IMG/VR virus record: IMGVR_UViG_3300025127_006147
Coordinates: 96,001-160,000 of that record
Source of the DNA: a virus
Direction: 5' to 3' (one strand)
Length of the DNA stretch: 64,000 nucleotides
Shown here: piece by piece, positions 39,567 through 49,900 of the stretch
How the letters are laid out: every line of letters begins with the position of its first letter
How positions within the stretch are numbered: the first letter of the stretch is position 1
Translations under genes and position numbers: made by a program
The notes under the pieces: model-generated
Seen by the model: only the letters and a program-made list of their open reading frames with translations
Told to the model about the DNA's origin: nothing
The model's database searches: none

Positions 39567-41252
39567 TTATCTATATTTAATTCTAAGTAACTCACCTCTA
39601 GTCCAAGGTTCGTAATTAGGACCTAAGGTATAAACAAACTGTCTACCTTTTCTATCCATTTTTACTATGCCAGAGTCGTTTATAACTGCAAAGAATTCAG
39701 AGTTGTGACCTGGAGTATAAGTTCTACCAATAGAATCATAAAATTCTTTTCTGGTTTTACCAGGGTTGTTCTTAACGAAGTCTACAAATAATTGAGTTAA
39801 TGAACCTTCTTTAGGTGGGTATTTAAAAGTTAAAGGTGTTCTACCTCTCATAGGTTCCCAAGTCTTACTATCTTTTGTAGTAAGGTCTTTAACTTCCGGT
39901 CTAGATAAAAGAAACCTTAAGTTTCGCAATAGGACTCCATTTAAGAAAGCTTTTTCTGGGAAACCTCTATAGTAGTTATTCTGATACCTATCATTATCTA
40001 AGAACCTCTCTTTGAATTCATCCCGAGGAGGCAAACCTAACTTTATTCCATCAGTTTCTCCATCAATTTCATAATAGCCAAGATTATTACTGGCAGCTAC
40101 AATATGTCCAGGAAGAAGTCTAAAATACCAACCTATATCTTCCGCTAAGTCGTTCTCTGCTGTGGGTTCTATATATCCATTAAAATCGGAAACAATAATT
40201 TCATATTCCGTGTCGTTAAACACCTCAACAGAAAATTTATATTTATTATCTCCGATAGGACTTACGTACCATTCATTACGACCAACCACTTCAAGTTCCC
40301 ATGGACCACTTTCCGTGTTAAATTTAATTTTCTCACCTTGTAATTTATCTGTGATTAAATTAACAAATTCATTAAGACTTTTGTATCTCTTAAAGTCTAA
40401 CACTTCCGAATAAGAATCTAATTCTTTTTTATATAAATCGTCAATTACTTGAATAGCCTTATCTGGTAACATAGAACTAACTATGGATGCTGTCCTACTA
40501 TCTAATAGATTATCTTGCATATCATACCACTGGTCATCAGGTGCCCTACCTAGTACTCTTCTATTTGTTCTATAATCAGTGCCTAATTTAGGTAATTCCT
40601 TATAAAGTGCTATTTTATAATCCTTACCAGATTGTTTTTTTATGACATAATATAACACACCCTCGTTATTATATTTATTAAAAAATGACATATCTTTTGA
40701 TGTTGTACACCATTTGGTACCTGCACCGTAATAACAAGAAGCACCATGACTTTTAGGTCTAATAATTACCCAGTTATCATCTTCATATACCTTATCAACC
40801 TCCGACTTAAGCATTTTCTCTTTATCTTTTCTAGTCATTATAGATTCTACTTCATCCATAAGTCTTTCTAATACCGCTAAGTCATCATAAGAGTCTATGT
40901 TTTTTGGAGCCTTTATCATCTTCTGATTAACATCCATAAATGGTAATTGTTCTATAAGTTCAGGTGTCATTCTAGGTGAGTTAATGTCGAACCTCATAGC
41001 TAGAGACGATATGTCTATAGGGCTTGTGGATTGTTCGTCAATGTACCTTTTAACCATCCACAAAAGATATTTCTGGTTATTTGAAGGGTCCGAATTAACA
41101 AAATGTTCTAAAACAGATTCTAAATTAGTTCCCACACCAATCCCAGCTGGATTACCTGGTTCTGCAACAGGCCAAGACCCAACAGCTTTTTCAAAATATT
41201 GTTGTGCGTCTTCTACTCTCCCTTCTAATAATATGTGTTTATTAAATCTCAT
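39567..41252 (-). CDS. WCT-domain protein with an LxE leader
   Basis: MRFNKHILLEG; RPKSHGASCYYGAGTKWCT; the C-terminal ~70 aa look like a winged helix (PGKTRKEFY...MDRKGRQFVYTLG). Confidence 0.6.
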   Translation of the reverse strand: MRFNKHILLEGRVEDAQQYFEKAVGSWPVAEPGNPAGIGVGTNLESVLEHFVNSDPSNNQKYLLWMVKRYIDEQSTSPIDISSLAMRFDINSPRMTPELIEQLPFMDVNQKMIKAPKNIDSYDDLAVLERLMDEVESIMTRKDKEKMLKSEVDKVYEDDNWVIIRPKSHGASCYYGAGTKWCTTSKDMSFFNKYNNEGVLYYVIKKQSGKDYKIALYKELPKLGTDYRTNRRVLGRAPDDQWYDMQDNLLDSRTASIVSSMLPDKAIQVIDDLYKKELDSYSEVLDFKRYKSLNEFVNLITDKLQGEKIKFNTESGPWELEVVGRNEWYVSPIGDNKYKFSVEVFNDTEYEIIVSDFNGYIEPTAENDLAEDIGWYFRLLPGHIVAASNNLGYYEIDGETDGIKLGLPPRDEFKERFLDNDRYQNNYYRGFPEKAFLNGVLLRNLRFLLSRPEVKDLTTKDSKTWEPMRGRTPLTFKYPPKEGSLTQLFVDFVKNNPGKTRKEFYDSIGRTYTPGHNSEFFAVINDSGIVKMDRKGRQFVYTLGPNYEPWTRGELLRIKYR

Positions 41253-42624
41253 TCTATCCTATTCTATAAATATAAAACCATTCACCATCATAGACTATTT
41301 CATTTTCTTCACCATCATAACCAGCAAGACCATTTCCTCTTCCATCAGAAGATATGACTTCTCTAACAAATTCATCTTCATCTATAAAATGTGTAATATC
41401 TAATTCGTACATTTGGATATATTCCATGGGGTCATTTCTAATCTCATCCAATTTGTATTCCACAGCTTGGTCTATAGCATCCTCAGTCCATTCATAACTG
41501 TCCTCGTCTTCTATAATATCTTGTTTTTGTTCTTCTAATGCGTCTATTTGGTCTTGGATGTATTCTTCGTCTGATTCTCTATCAACCTCGTCTAACTCTT
41601 CCAGATGTTCTCCTATTTGTTCATCTATTGCTTCTATTTGTTCTTTATAATATGCTATCATCACTCTATCATCCTCTTCATCTAAATAACTTTCAGGACT
41701 TTCTTCAACATCTTGTCTAATATAATCTTCTACATAGTCCGCAACCTCATCACCATTTACGTGGGATTCATAGAACCATGAATTAAAACCTTCATACCCG
41801 ATATCGTCAACTAAGTTTCTTACTTGTTCCTCAGCAGCTTCATCCGCTTCATCATCATCACCTACAGCATATTCAGCTCCATCGTACTCAAATATAGGCA
41901 TTTCACCATAGTGAGTAGTTCCTTCATACATAATATCATAAACTGTAGAAATATTTTCCCTTTCTTCTTCTAGTTCTTCCTCTAAATTATTTAAATCCAT
42001 CCCATAATCTTGAGCTCTTTCCCCATTAGGGTTTTCTATAACTTCAGGGTCATTTTCCATATCACTACGAAGGTCTCTAATTTGTTCCTCTAAGTACTCG
42101 ATTTCGTCACTGTTGTCCGACCACTCACCTTCATCTTTTAGGAATTCCATTAATGCGTTAGCTCTTATACCAACGGAGTCAGTATCTTCAGGATTCCACT
42201 CCTCATTTTCTCTTCTTAATTCTGCTTCAGCATTTAATCTAGCTATTCTTTCTCTTCTACGTTGAGCCCATTCATTTTCTCTCGCCTGTCTCTCCAGTTC
42301 CCTAGCTTTTACTTCTGCACCTATTTTATCTATTTCCTCTTTATATGTGTATTCGAAAAAACTTTCTATCGCACTCATTAAAGGATGTTCTAAAATATAA
42401 TCTATATTTGTTGTATCACTAATTAAATTATCAGGTGCGTCATAAAAACTTTTACCTCCCGAATATTTTCTATTTAAAGCTACTTTATAGTAGGGGTTAG
42501 AAGTAGGTAATGTTTTATCTAGTATGTAAAAAAGTTTACCTTCTTGATTATAATTTTTAAATTGATAATCACTATCTTTAGCTGCTGTACACCATTTGGT
42601 ACCCGCACCATAATAACAAGAAGC
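40704..42624. repeat. Pair of 39-nt near-identical segments in paralogous WCT genes
   Basis: 40704-40742 and 42586-42624 differ at 2 of 39 positions, both synonymous, and encode ASCYYGAGTKWCT. Confidence 0.8.
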
Positions 42625-43002
42625 GTCATGAGATTCTGGTACCACAACTTTAAAACGGTCATCCTCGTAAATAACTTCAGATTGTTCATGAGTCTTAATA
42701 ACTCTTTGTCGTTTTTTTAAATTATCTAAAGCATCATTAAGGTCAGTGTAAGAATTATAAGAGTATAAATCTTTTATCTTTAAGTTATTTCGTTTCCTAT
42801 CGAAAGCTTCTACCGCGTCTAATACCATTTCTAAATAAATGACATTTTGTACAATAGAGTTCATATAATCTCTAGCTATCCACTCCAAATATTTTTGATT
42901 ATTTGCTATAGCACCACTACCAGTTACCATCTGGTCCCAGACATCTAAAGGTACGTTGTACTTTTCTTTTACTCTTGAAATTCTATTTTCTACTAGTAAC
43001 AC
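41254..43002 (-). CDS. WCT-domain protein with a highly acidic C-terminal half
   Basis: GTG start (M)LLVEN; PESHDASCYYGAGTKWCT; D/E-rich C-terminus ending HFIDEDEFVREVISSDG...FYIYRIG. Confidence 0.6.
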   Translation of the reverse strand: MLLVENRISRVKEKYNVPLDVWDQMVTGSGAIANNQKYLEWIARDYMNSIVQNVIYLEMVLDAVEAFDRKRNNLKIKDLYSYNSYTDLNDALDNLKKRQRVIKTHEQSEVIYEDDRFKVVVPESHDASCYYGAGTKWCTAAKDSDYQFKNYNQEGKLFYILDKTLPTSNPYYKVALNRKYSGGKSFYDAPDNLISDTTNIDYILEHPLMSAIESFFEYTYKEEIDKIGAEVKARELERQARENEWAQRRRERIARLNAEAELRRENEEWNPEDTDSVGIRANALMEFLKDEGEWSDNSDEIEYLEEQIRDLRSDMENDPEVIENPNGERAQDYGMDLNNLEEELEEERENISTVYDIMYEGTTHYGEMPIFEYDGAEYAVGDDDEADEAAEEQVRNLVDDIGYEGFNSWFYESHVNGDEVADYVEDYIRQDVEESPESYLDEEDDRVMIAYYKEQIEAIDEQIGEHLEELDEVDRESDEEYIQDQIDALEEQKQDIIEDEDSYEWTEDAIDQAVEYKLDEIRNDPMEYIQMYELDITHFIDEDEFVREVISSDGRGNGLAGYDGEENEIVYDGEWFYIYRIG

Positions 43003-43044
43003 AGTTTTCTTTTTATTATAAATACTTATTAAAAGACTTATATT

Positions 43045-43608
43045 ATGGATAAAAGTAAATCATATATTATCGGATTTACCATCACCTTATTTTTCGTATT
43101 GTTAATGGTAAATCAAAATTCAAACAGCAACTCCAAGGAACTTACCTATAAACAGACTTATGTAGATTCTTTAAAGTATGAAATACAGTTAAGAGACTCT
43201 TTAATTAAAGATTTTAAAAATTATATACCTATTGGTTCTCCTTTAGATAGTACTAAAATTAATAGTAAATACGGTTGGAGATGGGGAAGAATGCATCAAG
43301 GAGTAGACCTTAGAGGTAGGTATAGAGATACAGTGTTCTCAACAGCCGCAGGGGTTGTAGTAGAAGCGAAACGTATGGGTGGTTACGGTAAGTGTGTAAA
43401 AATAAGTCATAACAATGGTTATCAAACACTATATGCACATTTAAGTAAAATATTTATTAAAAAGGGTGACATAGTAAAAGACTCAACAGCTATCGGAAAA
43501 GTGGGTAATACTGGTTTTAGTACTGGGTGTCACTTACATTACGAGATAATTAAAGACGGTGAAAAAATTAACCCAGAAGAATTACTTTACAAAGAAATAG
43601 ATAACTAG
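43045..43608 (+). CDS. M23 family peptidase with an N-terminal TM anchor
   Basis: HQGVDL (HxxxD), YAHL and STGCHLHYE (HxH). Confidence 0.9.
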   Translation: MDKSKSYIIGFTITLFFVLLMVNQNSNSNSKELTYKQTYVDSLKYEIQLRDSLIKDFKNYIPIGSPLDSTKINSKYGWRWGRMHQGVDLRGRYRDTVFSTAAGVVVEAKRMGGYGKCVKISHNNGYQTLYAHLSKIFIKKGDIVKDSTAIGKVGNTGFSTGCHLHYEIIKDGEKINPEELLYKEIDN

Positions 43609-43651
43609 TACTATTTATGGGTATAATAAAAGTAACTCAAAACAAAAAACT

Positions 43652-43873
43652 ATGCAAGAACATGAATTACCAATGAAAGAGACTGATAACTCTTTAGAAA
43701 TTACATTATGTGGGAAAGGAAGTTGTAAATGTCCAGCGGTAGATATCCATACGGACCGTGATGATGTTATAATTGGAGGAGACGATGAAGGTTTTACTAC
43801 ATTCACTAAAGAACAATTTGAATTGTTAGTAAACGAAGTTAAGAATGGTAGATTTGATAAATTCATCAAGTAA
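43652..43873 (+). CDS. Small DUF397-like protein
   Basis: CKCPAVDI...FTKEQFELLVNEVKNGRFD resembles the DUF397 C-terminus. Confidence 0.4.
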   Translation: MQEHELPMKETDNSLEITLCGKGSCKCPAVDIHTDRDDVIIGGDDEGFTTFTKEQFELLVNEVKNGRFDKFIK

Positions 43874-43874
43874 C

Positions 43875-44009
43875 ATGGGGTGTGGTTGTAAAAAAAATAA
43901 AGGAAAAGAAAAAGACCCTAAAGAAGTAGGTGAAAAACTACAAAAAATGATTAGGGATAAAATCCAGGAACAACTAGACAAAAATCGTAATTTAAAGAAA
44001 GGGGTATAA
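43875..44009 (+). CDS. Small basic protein MGCGCKK... (44 aa)
   Basis: MGCGCKKNKGKEKDPKEVGEKLQKMIRDKIQEQLDKNRNLKKGV*; starts 1 nt after the previous stop; missed by the ORF track. Confidence 0.55.
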   Translation: MGCGCKKNKGKEKDPKEVGEKLQKMIRDKIQEQLDKNRNLKKGV

Positions 44010-44025
44010 AACCCCTTTTTTATTT
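43998..44025 (+). terminator. Intrinsic terminator overlapping the stop codon
   Basis: AAAGGGG-TATAAAA-CCCCTTT followed by a T run. Confidence 0.6.
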
Positions 44026-44039
44026 TTCACAAACTATTT

Positions 44040-45149
44040 ATGGGTATGAAATTACTTCATACAATACAAACCCTAGTAGAACAGGAAGGACAACCTTTTT
44101 GGGTTAAACAAGCACTCGATAGTTGGGATTGGGATGACATTCACGACACTCTTAAACTATTTGGTGGTGACCTACATGAATATTACAAAGCTTTAGAGAG
44201 TAGAGGTTTCGGTGAAGACTTTTTAAATCAAATAACTCATTGGGAAGAATCTCCAAATTACTATATCACACAAGCTTTAGGTGGTAGAGACGCTTATAGG
44301 AGGGGTCTAATAGATGAAGACTTACTAGTAAAGTATGTAGTAGATAATATAGTAGAGAATGAGATTAGGGATTTAAAAAAATACGAAACTGGTAAGATAT
44401 ACCTTACTTTAGACATGTATAGTAAACCTGATTTTTTTGAGAAAGATTCATATGACCGTATAAGTTGTGAGGAAACCGCAAGATTAGTATTTGAAGATAC
44501 TTTGTGGGAAAATTGGGAGAATACGGATACCTGGACACCTAACCTAGATGGGTTACTTGAAAATTTATCACCACAAAATTACAAAAAATTAATATCTAAC
44601 ATCTTAAATAATCACCAAACGTTAACTTGTTTCAGAGAAGAGTTTGAGTCTTGGGTAGAACAAGACAATATTGGTGAAGATACTTTTTATGTAGATGTTT
44701 CTAGAATGAATTGGTTTTTAAATGACCCAGATAGATATAATTTCGAAGTATTACTTGGTTGTGCGGAAGAGTTAGAGGATTATGTAGATGAAATGAAACG
44801 AAGTTATCAAAGAGCTTATAATGATGAATTATTGTCGATTTACTACAATCAATACCATAAGGATTTAGAAAGGTTACTAGGTAAACCTGTAGGTAAAGAT
44901 AAAACCTATGACTACAGAGGAAAAGAAAAAATTGAACTTGAGGCAGATGTTTATGAAGTTACAGATTTGGTAAATAAAATATTAATTGAGGCCGCTTTAA
45001 GTGGAGAAGAACTACAATACTCGGAGTTTGGTGAAATATATAGAGATTTAAATAGTGGGGGTGGATTATGTCCAGGTCATTTTGATGACGTTTATGACGA
45101 TGAAAAACTTTGGGAACAGTACAATGAACGATTTAGTGAGTATTTATAG
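44040..45149 (+). CDS. Acidic hypothetical protein with an LxE leader
   Basis: MKLLHTIQTLVEQE; D/E/Y/W-rich; TATTTAT immediately upstream. Confidence 0.6.
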   Translation: MGMKLLHTIQTLVEQEGQPFWVKQALDSWDWDDIHDTLKLFGGDLHEYYKALESRGFGEDFLNQITHWEESPNYYITQALGGRDAYRRGLIDEDLLVKYVVDNIVENEIRDLKKYETGKIYLTLDMYSKPDFFEKDSYDRISCEETARLVFEDTLWENWENTDTWTPNLDGLLENLSPQNYKKLISNILNNHQTLTCFREEFESWVEQDNIGEDTFYVDVSRMNWFLNDPDRYNFEVLLGCAEELEDYVDEMKRSYQRAYNDELLSIYYNQYHKDLERLLGKPVGKDKTYDYRGKEKIELEADVYEVTDLVNKILIEAALSGEELQYSEFGEIYRDLNSGGGLCPGHFDDVYDDEKLWEQYNERFSEYL

Positions 45150-45162
45150 TTAAAACAAAATT

Positions 45163-45999
45163 ATGGAACTCAAAAAGATTTATTTAGAGAGTGAGGAGTA
45201 TTATCATGACATAGTCCCTAAAAAGACAATATACTTACATCACACAGCTGGTAGTCACAGACCTGATTGGACTGTTGCTAACTGGGAAAGAGACAAGACC
45301 AAAAGTGGTGGAGTAAGACACATCGCTACTGCTTATGTTATCGGTGGTAAATCAACCAGAGACGGTAATACTAAATGGGATGGTACTGTCATAGAATGTC
45401 ATCCACCAGAAAAGTGGGCACATCATCTGGGAATCAAAGCAAGAAACAATAGAACACTAAATAAAGAAAGTATTGGTTTAGAGATATGTAACTATGGTCC
45501 TATTAAAGTTAAAGATGGGGAGTATTTCAACTACGTTAATAGTAGGGTACCTAAAGAAGATGTTATTGATTTAGGATTCACCTTTAAGGGTTACAGACAC
45601 TACCATGCTTATACAGACGCACAAATAGAATCTACAAGACAACTTATACATTACCTAAGTGATAAATTTGATATTGATATTGCTAAAGGAATGAAAAGAA
45701 TCATCAACAAATCTTTAAAGATGCCAGAAGATTTAGATTTACTAGGAAAACAAAAATGGTTAAACATTCAAGGATATCTAGGAGCTAACGGTAGGGTATT
45801 AGCGGAAGATGGTGTAGATGGAAGAAATACACAATACGCTGTAGATTCTTATCTTCATGACAAAAAAGGAGATGCTTTTGCATTGAATAAACAAGCTTTA
45901 GTTGGAGCGGAAGGAGTATGGACACATACTAATGTAAGAAAAGATAAATTTGATTTATCCCCACAACCTAAGTTAATTGAAATGTTAAGTGAATTATAA
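45163..45999 (+). CDS. N-acetylmuramoyl-L-alanine amidase with an inserted peptidoglycan-binding motif
   Basis: YLHHTAG, WAHHLG, SIGLEICN, YTDAQI, WTHTNVRKDKFD; insertion LAEDGVDGRNTQYAV. Confidence 0.85.
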   Translation: MELKKIYLESEEYYHDIVPKKTIYLHHTAGSHRPDWTVANWERDKTKSGGVRHIATAYVIGGKSTRDGNTKWDGTVIECHPPEKWAHHLGIKARNNRTLNKESIGLEICNYGPIKVKDGEYFNYVNSRVPKEDVIDLGFTFKGYRHYHAYTDAQIESTRQLIHYLSDKFDIDIAKGMKRIINKSLKMPEDLDLLGKQKWLNIQGYLGANGRVLAEDGVDGRNTQYAVDSYLHDKKGDAFALNKQALVGAEGVWTHTNVRKDKFDLSPQPKLIEMLSEL

Positions 46000-46009
46000 A
46001 CCTTAAAGG

Positions 46010-46038
46010 TTTACGCTTAACATTTAGTTGTGTATAAT
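46010..46038 (+). promoter_or_regulatory. Sigma70-like promoter TTTACG-N17-TATAAT
   Basis: Intergenic, before 46056. Confidence 0.5.
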
Positions 46039-46055
46039 TTATAAAAATATAAGTT

Positions 46056-46256
46056 ATGAAGATAATTACACACAAATTTAAAAGAACAGATAATGACATT
46101 GTATATCTAGTTAATCTAGTAGATGTCACTGGTCACCCTCTTGAGAGTTTAGTGGCAGAAAATAAAGATGAACGTACTAGTGTTGCAAACTCTTTAGCCA
46201 TTAAACATAACATTAAAAATGTTTTACACAATCCAGGTTTTTCAATAGTATCATAA
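46056..46256 (+). CDS. Hypothetical protein
   Basis: 66 aa behind a sigma70-like promoter. Confidence 0.45.
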   Translation: MKIITHKFKRTDNDIVYLVNLVDVTGHPLESLVAENKDERTSVANSLAIKHNIKNVLHNPGFSIVS

Positions 46257-46432
46257 TGAAACAAGAATCATTAAATAAAAAAATAGATAGAGTTATTGAA
46301 AAATTAAGGATAGCACAATCTGAAAAAAATGAAAAATCTATTCAAGAGAGTATAAACGAGCTAAATAAGTTGTGGGAAGAATCTAGTGTAGAGATGAAAA
46401 AAAATGCTCGTAAAGATGGTTTTGATGTTTAA
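46256..46432 (+). CDS. Small helical protein (58 aa)
   Basis: MKQESLNKKIDRVIEKLRIAQSEKNEKSIQESINELNKLWEESSVEMKKNARKDGFDV*; TAATG overlap with the previous gene; missed by the ORF track. Confidence 0.5.
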   Translation: MKQESLNKKIDRVIEKLRIAQSEKNEKSIQESINELNKLWEESSVEMKKNARKDGFDV

Positions 46433-46452
46433 GGCCATCCAAACAATTTTAA

Positions 46453-46674
46453 ATGGAAGAAAAACAAAAACTGAGAGACCTAGTTTCTCAAAAAGACAAA
46501 ATCACCAAGGAGATAGAACAAATTCAAAACGAATGTTCTCATTCTGATAAACACATTAAGTTTATAAGTGATGACAAAGGAAGTACATCTAAACCGATGT
46601 GGGTCTGCAAAATATGTGAAAAAGTGTTAAACATACCCACACAACAAGAGATAGAGAATTGGATGAAAAAATAA
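46453..46674 (+). CDS. Small Zn-ribbon-like protein
   Basis: ECSH...WVCKICEK. Confidence 0.5.
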   Translation: MEEKQKLRDLVSQKDKITKEIEQIQNECSHSDKHIKFISDDKGSTSKPMWVCKICEKVLNIPTQQEIENWMKK

Positions 46675-46752
46675 TGTTGTATTTTATTGGTTAAGTGTAA
46701 AAATTTTTTTAATTTTGTATAAATATTTATATTAACCTGACAATAACATTAT

Positions 46753-46941
46753 ATGCTAATAGTAAAAGTACAAAAAAACAACATAGATAGAGCCATCAAA
46801 CAGATGAGGAGAAAAGTAATTAATACACAACTCCTAAAAGAGTGTAGAAAAAGAAAACACTTTACCAAACCATCAATCATCCGAAGAGATGAAATTCAAA
46901 AAGCAAGTTACGTACAAAAAAAGTTTGGAGACGAAGATTAA
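46753..46941 (+). CDS. rpsU: Ribosomal protein bS21 (phage-encoded)
   Basis: MLIVKV...NIDRAIKQMRRKV...LLKECRKRKHFTKPSIIRR; TATTTATA at 46724-46731. Confidence 0.88.
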   Translation: MLIVKVQKNNIDRAIKQMRRKVINTQLLKECRKRKHFTKPSIIRRDEIQKASYVQKKFGDED

Positions 46942-49900
46942 GATTCAAACATGGTAGGACTTTGTACATAAGTTACAAAATCCTCAAATGATTTAACATA
47001 CCTTTCTTGATTCATACGACTGTCGTTTCCTACGTTCTCCCTTACCTCCACGTCAAAAACAATAGTTTCGTTCTCAGTATCTATTTTTCTAATACCCACT
47101 TTCCTATCTGGTTTATTGGGGTTACCATACTTTTTACTAAAGTTATATATACCCCAGTCATGAGATTCAAATTTTTCTTTCGTTAAATAATCATTAACCT
47201 TTTTTATAAAATCTTTTCTTCTTTCTATATCCACGTCATCTATTTTTTCTAAAAAGCTATCAATTTCAGATTCAACATTTTCTTCTGTTCCTTCTGACCA
47301 CTCATATGTGTCATAATACACATCCTGAGGTTCAGTAGGGATGTAGTTGATTTGTTTATCTTGACTAAAGAGTGTATCTAAAGTACCACCCTCTGAAGGT
47401 AAGTTTTCACTAACAAGATAAAGTAAAGGTTCCCAACCTATATGTATTCTTACACTGTCTCCTCCTATATGGTCATATTCTAAAAATATTTCATTTTTGA
47501 AGAATTGTTTCATTTCTTCTACTCTACTTTCACCAACACCTTTACCTACTTCATATAATATATCTGGAGCAGCGTTGTCCCATTCTGTAGGAAAGTACTT
47601 TTCAAAAAAGTCATTTATTTCCCCATCTTCAAATTGATGACACGGTCTATCTATAGGTTTGTCGGTACCCTCTATTAGATTCATTAACTCGGTTACTTTT
47701 CTCAATTGACTATCATTAAACCAACAAGACATATAATTTAATTCGTCATCATCTATCTCCTCATAATAATCACTATAACCATAATCATGAGCTAAATTAT
47801 AATAATATTCACCATCACCAATTACTAAAACGTTTTGTATCCAGTCATCTTTTTTTAAATAAACGTTAATTCCGTCAGGAACAATCTCTATTTCATCTTC
47901 ACCCCCTCGAGTGTAATAACTTTCCGTATAAGGTTCAAACTCACCATAATATTCTTCTAAATCTGCAGGGTCACCATTATTATTAATTATATTGTATATA
48001 AGTTCACCCAATTTACTATGTTCTTTACCGTCCAATAAAACATCTTCATCAAATTCCATATTGTATTTAATTCTTTCAGGTAAACTATATTTTACATGAA
48101 AGAACTTTTGTAATTCTTTTTCTTGACTTAGGAGTTCTTTAAGATTTTCCACCATACCATTAGTATTATACATATACTTCTGACTCTTAGGTTCACGTAA
48201 AAAAGGAATTTTACCTCTATCTATAAGTAAAAGTTGGTTAGGGCCACCTATTCTAACAGGGGATGAATCTTTTTTAAATTCAATAATATAAGGAGTTCCC
48301 ATACTTGCTTGACTCTGTAAAATTGTATTTAAGGACTCACAATATTTAGTGTTTGGTATATTACAAATACCATCTTTGTCAAGTGGTACATATATCCTGT
48401 AATCTTCGTTATCCAGGACCACCTTTTTACGTATGTTTACTTTATTATCTGTTTGTTCATATAAATCTTCACCTCTTCTAAAACCAGGTCTTAATATCCA
48501 CTCGTCCGAACCTTCACCACCTACCATTGTGATTTCTGGACCGTCACCATCTATTGGCATTATGTTATAAATTCTCTTGTCATAATTCGGTAAACCCGAT
48601 TTTGGCACTTTGGGATGATACCGAACACCAAAATTCCATCCAGTAACTACGTATGGTTTGAATAACTCCATGTGTTTAGATGAACCAAGAGATTTGTGGA
48701 TTATTATAATTTCATCACCCACATCTAATGTCATGTTTTTTTTTAAATCTTTAGATTCTTGTAAAGACTCTTTACCATACCTTTCTGTAATATCTTTTAA
48801 AAGTATATCATAAAGTTGTTCTCCTTCTTCATTACTTAACCCATGTCTTAGTTTTGTATTCTCTACAGAACCTCTAATGACTTCCTCGAAGGACCTACCT
48901 TGTTTTATTCTTCTTGCGTTAAGACCAGAAGTCTGTGCATCGATTTCATGGTCTTGAGTATAATATGGTAAACCTTTTAAATCTTCTTCAGTTTCTCCAG
49001 GGTGAGTACCCATAACTTCTTGTTCCGCATGTCTAATTTCATGCCTAATATATTCAGTTAAGTAATCTTCTATATGTGTATAACTTTCAGGTTCCATAAG
49101 TGGATTGATAATTAAACCAATCTCTATTGTATCATCACCAGCGTAATAAGCATCTATATTAAATTCATCTTCTATCTCTTCATCTCTACCAAGAGTTAGT
49201 TCTAAGGTGAATGAATAATTTTCTATTGCATAAAGCATTTCATCTGGTCTTAGGTCTTCAGGTAAAAAGTAAGTCTTAGTTTCTGGTTCAGTAACTGTGT
49301 CCTTAACAACTTTCATAACGTCATCAACCATCATTAAAGTTTCATTATAAAAATCAGTTTGTTCGTTTAAGTTATCTCTACCTCTATCTAATGATTTTAA
49401 TTTACCACCTAATTTCTTTATTATATGATTAAACACATTTTTAAATCCTATTATGCCCACACCTACAAGAACACTTTTTAAGTAACCTGTGGGTGAACCA
49501 GGATGTATGAGACCCTGATTTATTAAGAAAAGTAAACCATCTAATATAGGGAAAGCTAAAAATGTAAAAGCTACTACATCAGCTAATGAGTTAGCTGTAT
49601 AACCTAAGGATTCACCTATTTTAATCGCTATATCTTCAACCGATTTTAAGAAATCTAAAACTACAGACAGTCCTTTAGTAAGTCCTTTTTCTCTTATAAT
49701 ATCCATAAGTTTTTGAACTTTATCTTTATGTCTCCCCACCAAAATCCACATAGCTGTTATGTACAGTAAGATTACATCTTGTTCAGTTAAAGTAGGCATT
49801 GTTCCCGACATTAACTCTTTAACCGCGGGTAACATAGCTGTAATACCAGTTCCGAAAGTAAAGGTACCATCTATAACATCACCCAAATCCATTAAGGTTT

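Noticed and set aside
46256-46432. Resemblance of INELNKLWEESSVEM to the DnaK C-terminal lid helix
   Set aside because: The match is too short and low in complexity to support homology without a profile search.
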